DNA of 40,642 nucleotides from a virus: IMG/VR virus record IMGVR_UViG_3300045988_111756, positions 1 to 40,642 of that record; one strand, 5' to 3'. Shown piece by piece: positions 36,575 to 40,642 of this stretch (position 1 is its first letter; each line of letters starts with the position of its first letter). The notes under the pieces were generated by a model. It saw only the letters and a program-made list of their open reading frames with translations, ran no database searches and was not told where the DNA came from. The position numbers and the translations under genes were made by a program.

Positions 36575-36904
36575 GACTAGCTCCCGCCGCTAAAGGCACA
36601 CATGAGAATAAAGCGGATGTAAAAGAAGCAGAGGCCAAAGAGCCCAAGCTGTCTCAGAATAAAGAAGAGAATATCAAGTATGTCAGACACGCGCATGGTT
36701 CCTGCCCCTGTACTTAAAAAGGTCATTCCTCTTTCTTCTTCCAGTCCCGACGGCATCAGCGTCCTACGCTCCCGCTGGAGCGCATTCCTGATGCCGGAAC
36801 CACTCCTAGATTGGCTGGCAAGTAAAAGGATGCTCACAGCACCAACCCTTGCTTTTTATGCCCACACCAGTGAAGAGGCAGCCGGCTACAGAATCATAGA
36901 ATAC

Positions 36905-36935
36905 CAAAAATCCCGGTAAGCTGGCCGGCTTACCG
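36905..36935 (-). terminator. Rho-independent terminator (minus strand): 8-bp stem ccggtaagc/gcttaccg followed by TTTTT
   Basis: Direct reading. Separates the 37112-39097 gene block from a lower-GC region of about 330 bp. Confidence 0.5.
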
Positions 36936-37111
36936 AGGCCCATAAAATTTGCCGGAAATCTATCAGGATTCGGCAACCTTGACACAGGATTAAGCAGTCT
37001 GGTCAAGCAAGAGACTATGCAATCTCTGCTTATACATAGGCTGCTCATCCCGTCAAGGCTCACAGGGGATCTGTACCCCAAAGGAGCCAGAGAAAGAGTG
37101 GTCATGATACT

Positions 37112-37405
37112 TTACTCCTGTCTACTCTTTTCCCAGTCCCCACGGCAGAAGCGCCACACGACACAGAGCAGGTCAAGCGCCTCATCCATGACGCGCGCCT
37201 CCCCCTGATTCTTATTCAGGGCCTGACAGAGTTCCCCGTACTCCTCCCCGATGACGCCTACGCCCTGATATATGCCATCGGAGAAATCGGGGTGCTTTTC
37301 TTCCGCGGCTTTCACGCGGTCGGCCAGCTTCACCAGCAGATCACACTCACTTGCCCCCAGCTCAACAGACGTCACGAGTCTGGCTATGCTGCTATTCATT
37401 GCCAT
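37112..37405 (-). CDS. MazG-like nucleotide pyrophosphohydrolase (97 aa)?
   Basis: IGEEYGELCQAL...MDEALDLL resembles the MazG EExxE...DExxD metal-binding motif. Confidence 0.4.
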   Translation of the reverse strand: MAMNSSIARLVTSVELGASECDLLVKLADRVKAAEEKHPDFSDGIYQGVGVIGEEYGELCQALNKNQGEARVMDEALDLLCVVWRFCRGDWEKSRQE

Positions 37406-37739
37406 CCTCCCGGCCCGTCTTCGGGGCTATACCCCCCGGGGCATAGTCCACGCCGCCTACGCGCTCGCATCCGGACATAGCGGCAGCGCACTCCGCTCCG
37501 CAGGCCGCATAACCTGCTATGTCTACCCAGTTGTCCGCATGCCTGGGGTTCCCCTCCACGCGGGCGATCTTCAAAAGTACCATCATGGCGGCCACATCCG
37601 CGGTGGATATATCGCACCCCGTGTAGCGGCTCCACAGAGCCGCTATAAGGCCGAAGCAGTCTTCAGGGGCCCCGTACTCACGGGCTCTGTCTGTCAGTAC
37701 GGCCTTGGCCGCATTATCCAAACATTCTTTCCTGGTCAT
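37392..37739 (-). CDS. Conserved phage protein of unknown function (115 aa)
   Basis: EYGAPEDCFGLIAALWSRYTG...DVAAMMVLLKIARVEGNPRHADNWVDIAGYAACGAE. Confidence 0.5.
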   Translation of the reverse strand: MTRKECLDNAAKAVLTDRAREYGAPEDCFGLIAALWSRYTGCDISTADVAAMMVLLKIARVEGNPRHADNWVDIAGYAACGAECAAAMSGCERVGGVDYAPGGIAPKTGREDGNE

Positions 37740-37742
37740 TCG

Positions 37743-38051
37743 CTACTTCTCCTCTCCCATCTGGTCTGGCATGAAGAGGGTGACAAGCCCGTAGGCTTTA
37801 GCTGCATCGTACTCGATCCTGCATCCGCTGGACTCTGGGGCATCCCATCCCGGCATAAAAAGCACGCCGTCGCACGCTGCCATCACCTCCAGAGAGTGCG
37901 CGAGATACCACAGAGCCACATTGTCCTCCGAGAAAACAGAGTCAATGACAGTATGCCCACGCTCCTCCAGAAACCGGACGGCCCCCTCTCTCTCTGCGCG
38001 GATCTGCTCTATCGTCTTCCCAGCCATAGGCTGCGAAATCATGAATTTCAT
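37743..38051 (-). CDS. DUF4406-like protein (nucleoside 2-deoxyribosyltransferase-like fold)
   Basis: MKFMISQPMAGK...ACDGVLFMPGWDAPESSGCRIEYDAAKAYG. Confidence 0.6.
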   Translation of the reverse strand: MKFMISQPMAGKTIEQIRAEREGAVRFLEERGHTVIDSVFSEDNVALWYLAHSLEVMAACDGVLFMPGWDAPESSGCRIEYDAAKAYGLVTLFMPDQMGEEK

Positions 38052-38106
38052 AAAATCCTCCTGTGGTGGTTATTTCCAAAACGGAAACAACCACAGCATA
38101 AAATGG

Positions 38107-38703
38107 TCATACGTCCTTCCTGCGCAGCTCTTCTGCCTGTTCTCTGGAAAGCCCGAGCCTGTACATCATTCCGTAGACAGACTTGACCGTCCGGCCCATG
38201 GCTTTCGCTATCTGCGGGGCCGTGAAGCCACGCCCGTACATGCCGCGAAGACTCTGGACCTGCTCCATAGTCCATGCCTGTGCCGTAAGGCTCGCGGCGG
38301 AGGGGATATGGAGCTTGGCACATTTCATTGATACGGCCGGCTCTGTTTTCCCCAGGATGACGGCGATCTCAGCGGCCGTCAGTCCTCTGGCGCGCATCGT
38401 CCTTAGTCTCTCGACGGTATCTGCCGGCCACTGGGGACTATCGGTACGGATGGCAGCCGGCACTGTGCGTGGCTTCGGGGGACAGGGAGGGGCTGGCTTG
38501 GGGCCCGTTTTCCGGCGCGGCGGCGTCCACTTCCCCGCCTCGATGTTCCGGTTCTTCTCCCTCAGGAGCGCGGCACGCCCCTCGGGGTCAAGGAGGAGCA
38601 GGTAGCGGTCCAGCACCTCGTGCACGTCAGCTCCGGGGTGCCGGCTGATATACGTCTCCACTCCGAGCCTTCTCAGCTCGGCGTCACGGTCAGGCGTCCA
38701 CAT
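38107..38703 (-). CDS. GcrA-like DNA-binding protein with two tandem HTH repeats (198 aa)
   Basis: WPADTVERLRTMRARGLTAAEIAVILGKTEPAVSMKCAKL and WTMEQVQSLRGMYGRGFTAPQIAKAMGRTVKSVYGMMYRLGL resemble the GcrA N-terminal motif. RBS GGGAGG before ATG 38703. Confidence 0.5.
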   Translation of the reverse strand: MWTPDRDAELRRLGVETYISRHPGADVHEVLDRYLLLLDPEGRAALLREKNRNIEAGKWTPPRRKTGPKPAPPCPPKPRTVPAAIRTDSPQWPADTVERLRTMRARGLTAAEIAVILGKTEPAVSMKCAKLHIPSAASLTAQAWTMEQVQSLRGMYGRGFTAPQIAKAMGRTVKSVYGMMYRLGLSREQAEELRRKDV

Positions 38704-39097
38704 GGATGTCACCTCCCAGATACTCGACGATCGAGCGGCGGGCCTCTGCCCATCCACGGCACACGGTGCAGGCGTAGCCCTGAGCCTCGAGAGCGGCCAT
38801 AGAGCTCTTCTGGGCATCGGATATCCGTCCGCCATGCTGGCGCTTCATCTCGATCCAAAGGCCGTGTGCCTGTCTGGTCGGCACAGCGAGGAAGAGGTCA
38901 GGGATACCCACCCGCACCCCCTCGGCCTTGAGGCGGGCTCCGGTGATTGCGGAGCGGTATCCCCCATTGGGGATTGCCATGAGGAGGGACGGGGGCAGAC
39001 TCTTCCAGCGGGCGTATAGTCCCCACCACTCGATGAGGGCGGCCTGCTCCTCGTGCTCGGTGGGGGCCTTCCCGCTAGTACTTCCACGAGTCATCAT
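38690..39097 (-). CDS. VRR-NUC domain nuclease
   Basis: IPNGGYRSAITGARLKAEGVRVGIPDLFLAV...GLWIEMKRQHGG. RBS GGGAGG. Confidence 0.7.
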   Translation of the reverse strand: MMTRGSTSGKAPTEHEEQAALIEWWGLYARWKSLPPSLLMAIPNGGYRSAITGARLKAEGVRVGIPDLFLAVPTRQAHGLWIEMKRQHGGRISDAQKSSMAALEAQGYACTVCRGWAEARRSIVEYLGGDIHVDA

Positions 39098-39467
39098 AAC
39101 CGCCTCCCTGCTGGTGCCCCTGCTGTCCGTCGTGGTGGGCGGAGTCGAGGGACTGCACCCGCTGCGCCTGCACGTACCAGGACACGGCGTCGCGGCCGTC
39201 CTTGGTCTGGTACGTGCGCGAGAGATACCTGCCCTGCACGAGGACCTGACTTCCCTTGTGCAAGTACTTCAGGACAAAATCGGCAGTCTTCCCGCTCACA
39301 GTCACGGAGTGCCAGGTGGTGCGCTCCACCTTCTGGCCGGACTGGTCACGGTAGCCGTCGTCCGTGGCCACGGAGAGGCGGGCGAAGCTGCTCTGTCCGG
39401 CGTGCACCTCCTCGGGGTCACGGCCGAGAAGGCCGATGAGGTAGATGACGTTCACTGAAGCTGCCAT
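39075..39467 (-). CDS. ssb: Single-stranded DNA-binding protein
   Basis: NVIYLIGLLGRDPEEV...TTWHSVTVSGKTADFVLKYLHKGSQVLVQGRYLSRTYQTKDG. Acidic C-terminal tail GGGYDDSWKY. Confidence 0.8.
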   Translation of the reverse strand: MAASVNVIYLIGLLGRDPEEVHAGQSSFARLSVATDDGYRDQSGQKVERTTWHSVTVSGKTADFVLKYLHKGSQVLVQGRYLSRTYQTKDGRDAVSWYVQAQRVQSLDSAHHDGQQGHQQGGGYDDSWKY

Positions 39468-40015
39468 TTTCTATCGTCCTCCAGGCTGTCGATACGCTTG
39501 AGCACGTGGCTGGGAATGACGTGCGGGACTGCGGGTGTATCGCCCGACTCCAGAGCCTTCGTTTCTGCACCGGCCTCAAGTCCCATGGCTTCGCTGATAT
39601 CTTCAGCATCCTGCCAGAGCTTGACGAAGTCCCTGCGCTTGAAGTCCATGTTGGACTGTGTCAGTGTCGCGCACAGGTGAGGCCATCCGCCCATGATCTC
39701 GATGGTCTTCTCTGTCTGGGGGCAGAACTTCGGAGAGCCGTACGAGCCAACATCAACCATCGCCTTGAGGACGATGCCCCACTCTGCTTCAGCACGAGTC
39801 TCCAGGGCCTTCTCGGGCTCGGGTTTCGGTTTCTCTCCCGTGACCTTGCGGATAGCATCCTGCAGGACAGCAAAGGGAGGGAGAGTCTTGTAGGCATAAG
39901 TCTGGACGACGTACATGACGGCAGCAGACACAACGTCTGCGCTGTACGGCTCGAGGATCTTGAGCCAGAGCTTTGCCAGATCGGGGTTGAGGGTTTTGTC
40001 GTAATTGAGTGCCAT
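39452..40015 (-). CDS. Hypothetical replication-module protein (about 188 aa)
   Basis: Probable ATG at 40015 (MALNYDKTLNPDLAKLWLKIL). Sits between the initiator-like gene and ssb. Confidence 0.45.
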   Translation of the reverse strand: MALNYDKTLNPDLAKLWLKILEPYSADVVSAAVMYVVQTYAYKTLPPFAVLQDAIRKVTGEKPKPEPEKALETRAEAEWGIVLKAMVDVGSYGSPKFCPQTEKTIEIMGGWPHLCATLTQSNMDFKRRDFVKLWQDAEDISEAMGLEAGAETKALESGDTPAVPHVIPSHVLKRIDSLEDDRKWQLQ

Positions 40016-40055
40016 GGCGGACAGAGCCGCAAGCTTAGCAGCCTTTTCTTCCTGT

Positions 40056-40642
40056 TTAGTTCTCAATGGTTTTCTCCTGTAAACGTTTATGATTTTCTTC
40101 TTCCGCAAGGTCAGCAAGGACCTGCGCATTAATCGCTCTCTGGCGTTCCATGTCGAATCCTCCAGAACTTGCCTGTGCCCTTTGAGGCGGAGCCGTATCT
40201 CTCTGCGGTGGTACGTAGGGAGTATCAGGGCATTCATCTTCCCAGCGTCTCTGCAAGAGCCAGTCAGCTGGCTTGGGAGCAAACTGCTCTCTTCCGGGGA
40301 TGCTCCAGCCGTAGTGCTTCTTCTGGATGTCTACGGCTTCGAAAAGGTCATCACGTGGAGGAAGCAAGCCTTGGTTCCTGAGACATCTCCACGCCTCAAA
40401 GGCTGGCTTCTTCCCGATCTTGCTCGGGTAGTTGTCGTACCAGTCGTTGAAATCTGAGGTGTACTCCGTGAAGGGGATCTTCCCCCCGCCCGTTCCCCCT
40501 GAGGGGGTAGGGGGGAGTGTGTTTTTCTTTTCTCTTGGCTTAGTTTCGTTTGTCTTTGTTTGGTTTATATTAGGTTGGTTTGCTTGGTTTGCTTGATTTG
40601 CTTGGTTTGCTTGATTTGCTTGATTTGCTTGGTTTGCTTGAT
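40056..40642 (-). CDS. Replication initiator-like protein, C-terminal (3') part. It is in frame through the (QAN)n repeat to the window edge and continues from 1..316
   Basis: Translation QANQAN...QPNINQTKTNETKPREKKNTLPPTPSGGTGGGKIPFTEYTSDFNDWYDNYPSKIGKKPAFEAWRCLRNQG...TIEN*. No ATG or stop in 40368-40642. Confidence 0.55.
   Translation of the reverse strand, partial: QANQANQANQANQANQANQANQPNINQTKTNETKPREKKNTLPPTPSGGTGGGKIPFTEYTSDFNDWYDNYPSKIGKKPAFEAWRCLRNQGLLPPRDDLFEAVDIQKKHYGWSIPGREQFAPKPADWLLQRRWEDECPDTPYVPPQRDTAPPQRAQASSGGFDMERQRAINAQVLADLAEEENHKRLQEKTIEN
40575..40642. repeat. Tandem 9-bp repeat array (about 7.5 units); the same array as at 1..56
   Basis: Direct reading. Confidence 0.9.

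Noticed and set aside
36806-37105. 99-aa minus-strand ORF
   Set aside because: It spans the strong minus-strand terminator hairpin at 36905-36935 and has no RBS. Probably non-coding
38704-38835. Upstream extension of the GcrA-like ORF (start at 38835)
   Set aside because: It fully overlaps the VRR-NUC coding sequence. ATG 38703 has a GGGAGG RBS and abuts the VRR-NUC stop

Overview
The window reads as a near-complete, circularly permuted genome of a high-GC podovirus-like phage of about 40.5 kb. It has a T7-like structural module but no RNA polymerase, and is probably temperate. All annotation below is inferred from translated ORFs and sequence motifs only; no searches were run.

Both ends of the window lie in the same in-frame 9-bp tandem repeat array, CTTG(G/A)TTTG, which encodes (ANQ)n. 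The two ends overlap by about 42 nt. One minus-strand replication-initiator-like gene therefore spans the junction: its 5' part is at 1..316 and its 3' part at 40056..40642. The contig appears circular or terminally redundant, and the repeats may be ori iterons inside the initiator gene.

Layout on the plus strand:
- A divergent HTH switch lies at 318..1051, with TAGC-N4-GCTA operator palindromes.
- An early operon follows, carrying a PD-(D/E)XK exonuclease and recT.
- An IS200/IS605 element (tnpA + tnpB, with a putative omega-RNA at its right end) is inserted between recT and the end of the structural operon.

Layout on the minus strand, running from about 40000 down to 5598:
- Replication: YdaU-like initiator and SSB.
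- An accessory cluster: VRR-NUC, a GcrA-like double HTH, DUF4406, MazG-like, Lar-like, and an HNH homing endonuclease.
- A Cys-rich beta-helix protein, then a lysis cassette (endolysin, holin, embedded spanins).
- A wHTH gene, terminase small and large subunits, a GNAT-like gene, portal, scaffold and major capsid.
- Tail tubular protein A, then three collagen-like (G-X-Y) tail fiber genes; the first has a T7 gp17-like N-terminus.
- An antirepressor moron with its own promoter and a bidirectional terminator.
- Tail tubular protein B and a second GNAT-like paralog.
- Internal virion proteins in the T7 gp14, gp15 and gp16 positions. The gp16-like protein is 2199 aa and carries a PARP-like (H-Y-E) ADP-ribosyltransferase motif.

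No integrase, tRNA or CRISPR array was found.
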